Assembly: GCA_965644295.1 (NCBI GenBank)
Contig: CBFFRP010000565.1
Coordinates: 1-64,000 of the forward strand
Source of the DNA: Paraphysomonas bandaiensis
Lineage: Eukaryota; Protista; Chrysophyceae
Reading direction: 5' to 3'
DNA length: 64,000 nt
The first letter of the stretch is position 1; each line of letters starts with the position of its first letter. A program made the position numbers and the translations under genes. The notes beneath the pieces were generated by a model. It did no database searches. It saw only the letters and a program-made list of their open reading frames with translations, and was not told the DNA's origin. This document shows, piece by piece, positions 50,235 through 61,998 of this stretch.

Positions 50235-52133
50235 ATGAGAAGCACATATATAATGAGGCTATTCCTTCTGGCGTCCCTCACAATGGTTTTCTCCATTAGC
50301 CATGCTGAACTTTCAAAAGAAAGACATCTTACCCATGCATCCAAATATCCTTATCTCCCTAACTTATACTTTGTGGGTGCATCCAAATGTGGAACATCGT
50401 CACTTGCACGGCTGTTAGTCCAACATCCATTAGTAGCTAGTGTTGGGAATGCCGTATATCGTGCTAAAGGGGAATCGCGTGTTTTTGATCGGAAGAATTT
50501 AACTGTGAGTCAAATGAAGCGCTTGCAGAGGGACCGTTTGAATGTTCAATTTTCAATGAAGGACGAAGAGAGTGCTCGTGATATCCGCAATCGTGGAGTA
50601 ATTATGCATTACACTCCGCATTACATAATGAGCACAAGTATAATGCAAAAACTCTGCCGAGTTGTCACTCTCGAAGGAGAGAAATGTAAAGAAAAGCGTT
50701 TTCTTGTGATGCTACGGAACCCCGTATACCGTACCATTTCTAGCTGGTGGTACAAGGGTGATTGTTTTAAGAATAAAAAATGCGAAAAATTTGAGCCCCT
50801 CGTAGAGAATGGCATGAAGTATGCGAAAAAGTTGGACTCCTGTTTTGCCTCTAATGGTGTTGACTTTGAGCGCTTTCTAATTAAAGTAAGGCGGCAGCGA
50901 GATCCAGACTGGTACCGTTCTCTTTTGAAGAAGTGCCCATTGTCTACTCTCAATGGATTTTGGGGACCATTTGGTAATCCGTACTTGGCACATGTCGGAA
51001 AAAGCCTTTATGTTCACCAACTTGTGCGCTTGTTTGCTAAAGTTCCGCGTAATCAGACCTATATTATGATTCTAGAAAACTATGCTGAAAATCCAGTGCG
51101 AGAGATGGAGTATCTTTTCGACTGGCTGAGGGTTCCTCTCTACGGAGAGCGTGATGGATTCAAAAACGCAGAGCACCTATACAATCTCATCCAACTCCTG
51201 CAGAGCAATGTCCACCCCGTTCCAGCAAAGGTCAAGGAAAAAGAAGTATTACCAATGATAAATAGGATGGATAAGTTTTTTAGACCGTATAATGCACTTC
51301 TTGAAGTGCTTTTGGACGACCCTTATAAACCTGTTAGACACTCCCTGGGTGCTGGGTTTAAGAGTGGCGATTGGAACACCGTTAAAGAAGTAGTATACCG
51401 TACACAAGATTCATCTCGACTTCCTGTCCCATTACGCTTCTCGAAAAGTGGTGTGGTCGCAATGCCTCCGTCTGCCATGTATTATTATGTGCACATTCCG
51501 GTACTCAGTGGCAAACATGCAATCAGAAATCTCATGACGGACCTCCAATCCAAACATGACTACGGGGTATTCAAGACTTTGTCGGCATCTCTAAGCGACA
51601 GAGATGACTACAGTATCTTTCTATCAGGGCGACCCAATATGGTAATCTGCTTGTCCGATCCTGTGGAGTTTGTTGTAGCACAGTACCAAGTCTGCGCTGA
51701 GAAGCATGCTCCACTCAATTTTACCCTTTCTGAATATTTGCAAGCTTTTACGGGGGAAAGTCAAAATGCAGAGTTTCGGTGTCCAAGCCCGGTGAATGGA
51801 CAGACACATATCTTAAGAGGAATCGATATTGAGGAGCTCTGGTTCGTAGCAGTATCAGGAATGCTCAATGAGGCCCTCTGTCTTTTGTATTTTCAAATTC
51901 TGGGAAAATTTCCATCCAAATGCTTGTGTGGTGCTACTGAACCAGCATCGCTGCGGGCATTACATTCTACATCCAATACAAGCCATTTTAGTATTTCTGA
52001 TGTTGACCTGATTAATATTGGCAAAATTGTCGGTTCTGATCAAGCGCTGTACGATTTCGCTAAAGTAGAAATGATTAAACGATTGCGAATAGCTGAGAAT
52101 GAAAGTGGACAAAAAGTGATATGTAACTTGTAG
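50235..52133 (+). CDS. Secretory-pathway sulfotransferase with two sulfotransferase-like domains, intronless, 632 aa
   Basis: Hydrophobic N-terminus; 5'-PSB FVGASKCGTSSL and 3'-PB MLRNPVYRTISSW; second domain with YVHIPVLSG, LSDPVEFVVAQY and DQALYDFAK, resembling the HIPKxGG / RDPxxRxxS / DxxLYxFA motifs. Confidence 0.85.
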   Translation: MRSTYIMRLFLLASLTMVFSISHAELSKERHLTHASKYPYLPNLYFVGASKCGTSSLARLLVQHPLVASVGNAVYRAKGESRVFDRKNLTVSQMKRLQRDRLNVQFSMKDEESARDIRNRGVIMHYTPHYIMSTSIMQKLCRVVTLEGEKCKEKRFLVMLRNPVYRTISSWWYKGDCFKNKKCEKFEPLVENGMKYAKKLDSCFASNGVDFERFLIKVRRQRDPDWYRSLLKKCPLSTLNGFWGPFGNPYLAHVGKSLYVHQLVRLFAKVPRNQTYIMILENYAENPVREMEYLFDWLRVPLYGERDGFKNAEHLYNLIQLLQSNVHPVPAKVKEKEVLPMINRMDKFFRPYNALLEVLLDDPYKPVRHSLGAGFKSGDWNTVKEVVYRTQDSSRLPVPLRFSKSGVVAMPPSAMYYYVHIPVLSGKHAIRNLMTDLQSKHDYGVFKTLSASLSDRDDYSIFLSGRPNMVICLSDPVEFVVAQYQVCAEKHAPLNFTLSEYLQAFTGESQNAEFRCPSPVNGQTHILRGIDIEELWFVAVSGMLNEALCLLYFQILGKFPSKCLCGATEPASLRALHSTSNTSHFSISDVDLINIGKIVGSDQALYDFAKVEMIKRLRIAENESGQKVICNL

Positions 52134-52535
52134 TTGCTGTTTTTTATGTAGTGTTATAGTGAAAACTGTTACTAGTTGCAGTGAAGTAAAGTACAGGTAC
52201 CCATGCGCACTGTTGGTGTCGAAAGAGTACGGTTCTTACAAGCTGTTTGTCTGGGTATTTCAATGTGAAGAATCGCGAATCATAAAGGAGAAGAATTCAA
52301 CTCATGGGATACAACCCGGTTTAATACACCGTTTTTTATGTGCAAGCATAGCATTCAGAATGTCTGATGATCATATGTTGTTGCTGTTGTACTGGCCAGT
52401 GATAAGGAACAATATTACAACTTATTATTCTATACTACATTCCACGCTTGTGTAACACGTAACATTTAATTGAATTGTTATTGAACTAATTGGTATAAAA
52501 AAATGCAATTATGTAACACCTTAAGCTGTATAGAT

Positions 52536-53334
52536 CAGGGATAGGGAACAATATATTGCAATATTATTGTTAGATAGCGTTCCATCAATAGTATTGATGG
52601 ATTTTTTAAACCGGTCCTACAATACAATTACAATATATTGCAATATATTGTCAATGTATTGCGATATATTAGTTTGACTAATCAGTAGGTAAACACATCC
52701 GTAGATTTCATTTTTAGTATTAGTCATTAAGATCACATGACAACCAAACCAACTGCTGCTTATAGCTACTAAAAATCCACCTCGTCCTCATCCTCAGAGT
52801 CATCATCGGTGAGGTCAACATCACCATATTCATCCACAGAATTAATTGAAATATGCTAGTATCCGGCCATAACTTCCGAATAGCTTTCTAAAACAACAGC
52901 ATATTAAGTAGGATGGATACTTTTGCGCAACACTGATATAATATGTTTAGCTGTGCTGAACAGACGTTCCCATGTATTGGAAGTACATACCAAGGCCAGG
53001 CAACCGTTAATGACTCGTGGATCTGTACGTTTCTTAATTTTTTGAGCTGACTGAAGATTTTTAGTCGCATAGTCAACATCAGCTTCATTATCCTTTGTAA
53101 TGTTGTAATCAATTTCTCGGTTATTTATATCCATTTTGCACCCTACAGTTGAGAATCTTCTCTTATATGACTATCATAATATTGATTGCAATATATTGCA
53201 ATAGTATTGTGAGCTCTTTTAGCAGAAACACTATTGATGGAATATTTGACCAGTCCACCAATCAATATATTTTACAATACATTGCAATATATTGTACAAT
53301 GTATTGCAATACAATATATTGTTCCCTATCCCTG
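52536..53334 (-). mobile_element. Non-autonomous hAT element (799 bp)
   Basis: Perfect 23-bp TIRs CAGGGATAGGGAACAATATATTG, perfect 8-bp TSD GTATAGAT, subterminal CAATA/TATTG repeats and a remnant of the hAT dimerization domain (TSNTWERLFSTAKHII). Confidence 0.95.
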
Positions 53335-53569
53335 GTATAGATGTATAGACACCCATTTTCTGTTAGAATAGAAGAACTTGGATATATTAATCATACTTGT
53401 GTGGCAGTATACTCATTAACCTTAGCACGCAAGAATAATAGCATGACAAAGGTCAAAGTGAGAACATCCACAACGATCATCGTGATACACAGCAGATGCT
53501 GATTGTAGATATTCAACGGCTTCAAAATATTCAAGTATAGTAGTGTGAAAGATGTTGTGCATCCGTTGC

Positions 53570-53971
53570 TATATTCGTATATCAGGGTCCGTAACGATGA
53601 GCAAGCACATGGAGCTGTTCAAAACCACCTAAAAACTTCTCATACCGATGTGTGGACCACGAATATTGCACAGGCAGTGCCAATCAATGCTTCCTAACCC
53701 AAAACGCTATAACACCGACTACCATATGAATATAGGCGTGAACCAACGGATTTCAATCTCGTAGACCAACGAAATCGTGTTTTCGAGGGTAAATTCTAGT
53801 AGTCTACTGTCTTGCTCTCCTAATAATAATCTGTATAGTCATCAATCTCATCAAAACCAGAGCTACATATACCCTACATATACTATTATATCGTTATTGC
53901 AATATAGTTATCAAAATTATAATGATGTCATTAAACGTGTTAAAGGGTGTTATAAAGCCCACAGCTTTACA
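53570..53971 (-). mobile_element. Partial gypsy LTR copy
   Basis: Reverse complement starts TGTAAAGCTGTGGGCTTTATAACACCC; 53575-53780 aligns with about 2815-3015. Confidence 0.85.
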
Positions 53972-55167
53972 ACCAATCGGCGTTTGTAACTAACCGGGCT
54001 ATGGGATCTAAGATAAAAGGATGATGTATTATGCAAGATTAAGAGAATAGTTTGCTTAAAGATAATAATCAAAAGGGAAGGAAAGCAAACTGCCAACACT
54101 ATATTGCTGCATGATAATAATGTTTGTGAGAGGTTGTTTAGCAGAGCTAATAAGATTGTTATGACTGATTTTTGCTAGCGAATGCCACCTATAGGCACCA
54201 TAAGAAGTTGATGTTTTTGTTTTCTGTGTGAAAATCATATTTGGGATGAGGTCCTATAATTCAGAAAATGCTATATTCTAAAAGTATTAACATAAGGTTA
54301 TAGTTAGTTCAGTATTGACTGATTTATGTTAAGAGAGATATAGTGAAATTATGATGTTGTAGCACTGTGATTTAGGAACCACGTCATTCACCAGCATCAA
54401 CACTCTGTTCTACAAAAATCGTATCTTTAACAGCTACTATATTTTCAGTTTCTTTGTATACTTGTAATAACTACTCCTATAGTGTAGTCATGTATAGCTT
54501 CAAGTACGCACGTAGAAGCTGGTTGTAGTTCAATAAAAAGTCTGCAATAGAATTAAAAGGTAATTATTACTTATTACCAATTAATTGCAATGCCAACACT
54601 TGGACGCTTGATTAATATAATAGCAATTATTGTTGTTGTAACTGTATTGTACACAATACTGTTCTTGGAATAGCGAACATCATGGTCCCGAGCCACATCG
54701 TACAAGGATCTTGATGTCATCAGCATTCGGAGCCCTACTAGACCTTTCAGTCAGAACATCTAAAACTTTGCTATCTATCTATATGTGAGAAACGGTTTTC
54801 GCACACATCACTAAAATACAGATGTACGTATATTAGCATATTCTCAAAACTTCTCATTGCTTTGTGAGCATGGACCTAAAAATAATGGTACTTCAGCATA
54901 TATATACTTTGCAATTAAAGCATTAAAACTACATCAATATTAATACATGAAAATTTCAACGTCACTTAGGTGTAACAAATCAGAATTCAAGTTGACATCC
55001 AATATTCAATATAAATATAGGAAACAGTGCCATAACGATGAGAGTAATCCTCGCTGTTATGTACTTCCGCGTTGTAGTATATTTACTTCAATAGAGTCGC
55101 CTTGTTGCCATTAGTATTTTTCGAAACCATTAGGACAGGTTGATGCCCACCTTCGGCCTACTAGCTA

Positions 55168-56741
55168 CTAAAATAAGTTTTGCGGGCATGGAAGGAAGTG
55201 AAAATTGAGGTAAGGGCTGGTAGGCTGTATATACTCTTCTGGAGGAGAATGAAAGGGGTAGCCGAACAATTGAGGTGAATTCACAGCGCTAAAATATCGG
55301 CCACTCTTGCCATTGTTTCCAGATTTCAGAGATGAAAGAGCTTGCAGCTCTGGGGATGGTGAGTGCGTGGGACTAAAAATACAACTTGAACTCGTGCTAC
55401 CGCTTCCACTAACGCTAGGTGACAAGTGGGAACCTGACGAGGGTGGGGAGTATGATGAGTGAGAAGGCATAACCCTTGTTACCTCACCAGTATATTGTGA
55501 CGGCTTGGTGCGACAGAGAAGTTTCTGAGACCCATGCTCACACTCAGTGTGGTTCATATGGGCAGAATGCATTTGAAGCTTCCTTACGGGTGCAGAGCTC
55601 CGGTGGAATTTGAACAAGGAATCACTCTCCCCTTCAGCCGCGCCAGTGCTGACATCGCAGCGAGAGGTGCCGCAACTAGAGTTAGATATAAGTCCATCCA
55701 TGTATTTGGTTGCGGGACAATGGTGGGGAGGTATCTGCTGTGATTGGTACTCATGATACTGAGGGAGGTACGCAACTGTACTGGAATGGAGTTGTCGCGA
55801 GCGTCTGGAGGATACAGGCATTACCTTGTCAATATCTGAGACTACAGGAATTGGGTAGCGGTGTCGCGTATGGTGTAGCGTGTCATATGTTGCTAAATGC
55901 GTGTGAGAATCACAAGAGGGTAAAGACGAGTGAATTTCATTTCCGTTGATGTCAAGCTTTTGCATCCATATACGCGTCTTAAAAATGGAAAATAGGTCAC
56001 GGACAAGCTCACGGAAATCTACACGGCTAAAACAGATATATCAGGAATTTATATTGCTATATCAAAGCTATACCTGCTAGCTAGGTATGAAAAAGTTAAT
56101 TTATTTCGATGATTTTGAAACGTAGCATCCACTACACGGATTTGTAATTGCCGACGAGAGGTGAGCTCTGAGCATATTTTAAGAGCCCGATCTTCATCTC
56201 GGATTTTAGTCGACATATTCTTTATTTCGGCCACGGTGGCTCTACCCGCTAATATCAGAAGACTTTCTCTTTCGTTAGCATCGTAGTGTAGTAAACTCTC
56301 AATCGAATGCACAGTCATATCACAAACAATACCTACTGCAAATTTATGACAATTGATTACAGTAATCGTCAATTCATGTACCGATTTCATTCCCATGATC
56401 TCCTTCAAGTCTTACGTAGTCGCCTACTACAAAATCTTCAGTGCAGGTGGCACTTTTTTTACAAAGATATCTGCTTCGTTTACACTCCACCTGAAATACA
56501 TGCATACCATAACCACAAGCAGACACCATGACGACCTCATCACCTCGTACATACGATCTTCTTTGGGTTTAAATTGTGAAGATATGACTTCGCTGTCATG
56601 TCTAGCGGAATTATATGAAGGCAAAAGCTTGAGTGTATCTGTGATGTGATCCGTCAGTCGTGAGGCCGAAATGTCGCACAGGCTCAGGTCAGCAGCTGTG
56701 AAGGGATAAGGAGAAGGCCCCTGATATCGATGATCCATCAT
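55168..56741 (-). CDS. PSP1 C-terminal-domain protein, ~474 aa, 4 exons
   Basis: Splicing introns 56491-56543, 56333-56381 and 56027-56073 gives YEVECKR..VGDYVRLEGDHGNEIGIV..VVDATFQNHRNKLTFSY..RVDFRELVRDLF..TRIWM, followed by a Ser/Pro-rich tail. Confidence 0.85.
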
Positions 56742-57456
56742 AACACCCCTTCACAGTTGACAGAGTTCGAGTGAAGTTGCGAGCCCAATGTAAGGGTGTG
56801 ACCTGTTCTAACACAGATTTATACAGCTGTCAGAGGTCAGTACGCAATTAATCCAGTGCAGTACAGTGATGTATGTTGAGGGTGCGCCGTGTTAGGTGCG
56901 TATGTGCAAAGGGAAAAATATATCTGTGTGCGTCAGTGGCAGACCATATTCACACACTCACCCATAAGGAGCATCCCATCCGTGCTTTGCAAAAAACTGC
57001 ATCTAGACGTTGTACGATCGTACGTCGCAGTGGATTTGCATGCGAAAGTCCAGACACGAAAAACATTTTTCTCGACTTTTTTCAGCGGTCCGAAAAAACC
57101 TTGAGGTTTTTCGCAAACCACGGACGCGCCTATAGAGAGATGGTATAGAGTATGGGATTTTGGTGTCGTAATACACTGTATTTGAAGTTGAAGGTGCCGT
57201 ATACAAGAGTACGACTGCTGCTGTGTATAACTGGGCGTCGTTGTTAATGGCGCTATAGAGAGAGAGCAGAGTGACATCCCAGTCCCAGTTGGAGCTACCT
57301 CGATGCAATCTCCTACAAGGATAGCACATATGTGATGAATTCATTAGTTGTAGTCATTTCCGAATGGATCATATCAGTGATATGATAACTATACAGCTGA
57401 ACAGTAACTGTACGTAGCCTATCTCATAGAGCTGTTGCTTCTGTCATAGAAGAACA

Positions 57457-60400
57457 ATGAGTGTAGAGTACATATGCTATATGTGCAGGAGGGTATTTAC
57501 AGCCACTTTGAACTTTTTTGCCTGTAGAAATACCGCAGGGGGTCACTACATGAAATCTCTCACATTGGCGCACCAGCATTTGAACAAAAAGAGTTTAATC
57601 AGTTTATTTGACTGGATAATTCCAGGCCGACCCAGTCATGTCGTCATGAAACGACGAATATCACAATACAAGCAGCTATCCGTATTTGGTAAATTATGGG
57701 ATGCATGGCAAATATTTCTCTCTGTGCTCGCATGTGGATTGTATATAGCGGAGAGCTACTCCACAGGCTACACCGAGCACCAATTTTATACCTGGCATGA
57801 CGTAATCGTGACCCAGTTTTTCATGCTAGATTTTATATTTAACTGGTTCACTGCAATCAATACAAAAATATTTTTTCAGAGCTTGATGACTATTGTAGAT
57901 GTGTTAACGATATTTCCTGTGTACATCAGTCTTGCCACGGGAAGTGATGTTAATCTTTCAATATTTCGCTTCATTCGCATATTGCGTTTAGTTCGCGTCC
58001 TGCGCACCTTTCGTCTCTTGGGAAGCCTTAGTGGGCTGAAACGGCAATTAATCACCTTATCATTGACTTTGATCAGCTTAGTCTTCATGGCAGCGGGTGT
58101 GGTAAATGTTCTCGAGAACGACGTGCAGCAGCTGTATTTTGATTGTCAATATATAAACAAGAACACGAACTATCGCCCCTCTTGCGATAGTTATACTGAT
58201 ACTTTTGACATGGACACGTGTGACTGTCGGGAGAAGAATTGTGTACCTGTATATAATCGTTATGATGAGAGATATGAGCCCACTCGCATACAGTGCACAA
58301 GTCTACCATTCTTCAATTGTATATATTTCATCATAGTAACAATATCTACAGTAGGGTATGGTGATATATCTCCTACCTCATCCCATTCTAGAGGCGTAGT
58401 TCTATTGTTTATTATAACATCTGCAGTGGTTATACCTATGCAGCTGAAACAGCTTACTCATCTCCTATCATCGAGCTCTATATTCAGAAGTTCTTATGAT
58501 GTGCAAAACTCCGAGGAGCATGTTGTGTTATGTGGGCACGTTAATAATCGATCCAAACTTGAAAAATTCTTTTTGGAATTTTTCCATCCTGACCGCAAAA
58601 TGCCATCATCTCCACACTTTCATGTTGTACTACTGTGTCCTGAAGACCCGAGTGAGGAAGTACGATCCCTCCTCGTATCTCCCAAATTCGACTCACGCGC
58701 AAGTTACCTTATAGGTTCGGCACTGTCTGTGGAGGACCTGCAGCGTGCCCGAGTAGATGTCGCAAGTGCCGTGTTTTTTTTGTGTAATATTGAAGCGAAG
58801 GAGGAGGCAGCCCTTTGCGATGGTACCACTATTGTACTCCGTACTCTGGCAGTCAGTGACTTTAACCCTGACACCCAACTCCTAGTTGAGGTAGTGCACT
58901 CTAAAGACAGTGATATACTGAAGAATAACGATGTTGATGTGGTACTGTGTGTGGATGAATTCAAAACAGTGATGTTGGCAAGAAATGCTGTTTGCCCTGG
59001 CTTAAGCACACTCATTAGCAATATTTTCCGAACATATGGTCGCCATCACAATCCCAACTCCAGCAACCAACACTGGCTCGCAGAATATAACTATGGCCAG
59101 TGTATGGATATCTATTATATTCCCTTACCGGGACTTTTCTTGGAGGCATTTAATTTCGATTGGGGAATGGTTGCGGAGAGTCTGTATATCGAATACCACT
59201 GCATGTTGCTTGGAGTATTTAGTAACACTGACGGAGAAATTAATCTCAACCCAATAAATGTTGAATTCAAAGATCCCAAGACTAAGAAAGTGTTCTACGG
59301 TATCTTATTGGGACCATCCCAGGATGTAGCGACTCGGATTACCAAAGCTATACACGAGTATTCGTCAATTGCGCGAATGGTAAATAGTATGCTTGAGGCA
59401 GAGTCATGTTTTGGAGTGCGGGTAGTTCCGAAGCAACACGGGGTCATAAATCGATCGCAGAGCTCTCATAAGTATTTCACAAATAAATCCGGTCCCACGG
59501 ACAAGCCAGTGTTACAGGACATCATGCTGTTCAATAAGCTTCAGCGTATTGCGCGGAAGAGCACTAAACCGGGCTATGTTAAGAGTGTAGAGGACATATC
59601 AGGATCAGTCAAAGCTCCGACAAAAGGTAGGAAAATCAATGCGAGGGAAGCGAAGGCCATTGTATGCTATGGTGGCAATGCGTTGAAAGGAGGTCAAGCA
59701 AATACTCCCGTCCCTGACCCTGTTTGGGATGACAGAAGAAGCATGAATGTAAAAGCAAGCGACATCGGTCAGGTGAACCATGCTCTACATATGACCGACC
59801 ATATTATCGTCTTCGGTTGTCGGGACAACTTTTCGTCATTCGTGGAATATGCTGATATGCCTGTCGTGCGTGAAATGAACGGCTTTATTCGACCAATACT
59901 ATACGTTGGCTCCGAATTACCGACAAAGTGGAAAATGCTTAAAATGAAGCACAAAGATTTATATTTTTTAGAAGGCGATATTTCACTAAAAAGCACCTTA
60001 TCGCGCACGAATGTGGGACATGCGTATAGCGTCGTCATGCTGACACAGCGCCGGGAGGAGTTGGAATTCGAAGAGAGTGAAAATCTCGACTTCGAAATGC
60101 TCTTTTTGTATCTCAAAATTGCTTCGTGTATTCCGTCCAACGTTCACTTCACAGTAGAACTGACAAGTGGACAGAACATGAGTGTCCTGAACTCTGTAAC
60201 AGTTAAAAAGGAGAGAAGAGATGACAATTCTACGCCTCACTACGGCCCTGGAAACGACATGGATACTGGGGATACTCTATCATTTGAAGAAAGACTAATG
60301 CTCGAGGGTATGCTTGATGACAGCAGAGGTGAGTAAAGCATAAATTGTTAAGGTGAGAGTCTTTAGTGTTGCGTTGGTTATATAGATCGAGATGTTATGT

Positions 60401-61533
60401 TGAAACAGCTGCGCACTGTGTACAACTCATCCCGCTCACGCAACGATCCTCATATAAAGCGTGGGCAATTCTTTTCTCAATATGTACGAAACCTGACGCC
60501 AGCGTCATCACGGCAATCCAGCGCAAGGCAACTTCTGAAGACAATGCCGGGACGCAGATTGAGCTCTGTCCAGTATAGAAGCTCTGTAAAGTCTGAGGTA
60601 TGCAGTGTGCGTGGCGGTCGAGAAGGCTTACTATGTCGAATGCGTAGTTATGTTTTGTGATGTTTGATTGGCGAATTTTATTTTGTAGATTCCGATATTT
60701 GGCAGCACTGACTGGGATGGACAAGATAACTATACGAATTTTGCAATATATGCCGCAGGCCGGACGTTTGTTCCAGATGTAGTAGATAATATATTGACGC
60801 AGGTGTGTAGAGAGGATCCTTGGTTTTGTTAATACTTGTATCTTAATGCTAGCATCTATTGTATTGGTGATGTATATATGTTACTGAAAATTGTATGTAT
60901 ATTGTTTGCGACATTGCACCACAGTGTTTTTCTTATCGCGCCCATTGTAGAGTTTTTTCTCATCACTGACGTCAAACATATGCGAGGGGCTCGTATGTGG
61001 TCAAGAAAATCAGGGGATATTTCTAATTCCCTTACCGAGAACTTTCACTTACAGATACTTTAGTGATGTATATCGCGCCTGTATCTCGCGATGCGTAAGT
61101 CTCCTGCGAGTACAACTGTCTTCTGTTGACATATGCTTCAGGTGTTGGTCATTGGGCTATACCGTGCTGCCTCGTTGTCAGAACAGTCATTTATGCCTTT
61201 CGTGTACACCTGTCCTCCTCCTCGAACTGTTTTGAATACTTTTGACAAGCTTTACGTGTATGGCACCCCTGCTAATATTAAAAACTGTGAAAGGGTTCTC
61301 TCACTGCCATTCGGAAAAATGGGAAATATGGTTACCCTTGGTATGCAAACTGCGCACAAGTTGTACGATCATATAATACCAAATGTGTGACCTCTACGTA
61401 ATAATTGTTTTGTCTGTATTTAGGAACGGATGAGTCTATCATGAGGCGTCGCAGAAGCGTATCCACTCCGACATCCGTAAAATCACCGCAAAATATATTT
61501 TGCCCTTCCAATGAATTATCTACACAAGTGTGA
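57457..61533 (+). CDS. BK/Slo-family potassium channel (voltage sensor, pore, two RCK domains); 5' exons unresolved
   Basis: S4 FRFIRILRLVRVLRTFR, filter TISTVGYGD, RCK1 HVVLCG..GSALSVEDLQRARV..CPGLSTLISN, RCK2 HIIVFG; downstream exons YAAGRTFVPDVVDNILTQ and VLVIGLYR..FVYTCPP; last exon ends in TGA at 61533. Confidence 0.9.
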
Positions 61534-61998
61534 CCTTCGTACGATATTGTTTCTGTATCGCATAAGTCGCCTTGGACTTTTTCTTGTACTGTGTTCGTCT
61601 ATGCGGTGACGCCCATTATTATTTTGTTTTCATGTGTGCTGCGCATGACTCTGTCGTGATATTCATGCAGTATGTGCACTAATTTATACTTTGGTTTATT
61701 ATTTTCTGGTGTAATTTTCAGTTGTTACATGCATGATGTAAAATAGAGTGGTTGTCATATTATTAATGCCAAAATAGTTTGTATAATTGGTAATTATGAT
61801 TGATTTTTCGCTATTTGTATTCAGAACCAATTATAGTTAGCCATTTTCGAATCTCATGCAACATGCGTTCACCTCTACTTAGATATATATATCATAGCCG
61901 ATATCAGCTTCATCAATCTCTGTATCGTTGCTATCACTGTCTGAACGGGGATTTATTCTAACAACATTTTTCTCATGTCTTGTGAAATTAAACGGGAC

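Noticed and set aside
56049-56741. Apparent frameshifts or pseudogenisation of the PSP1 gene
   Set aside because: Fully resolved by three canonical short introns
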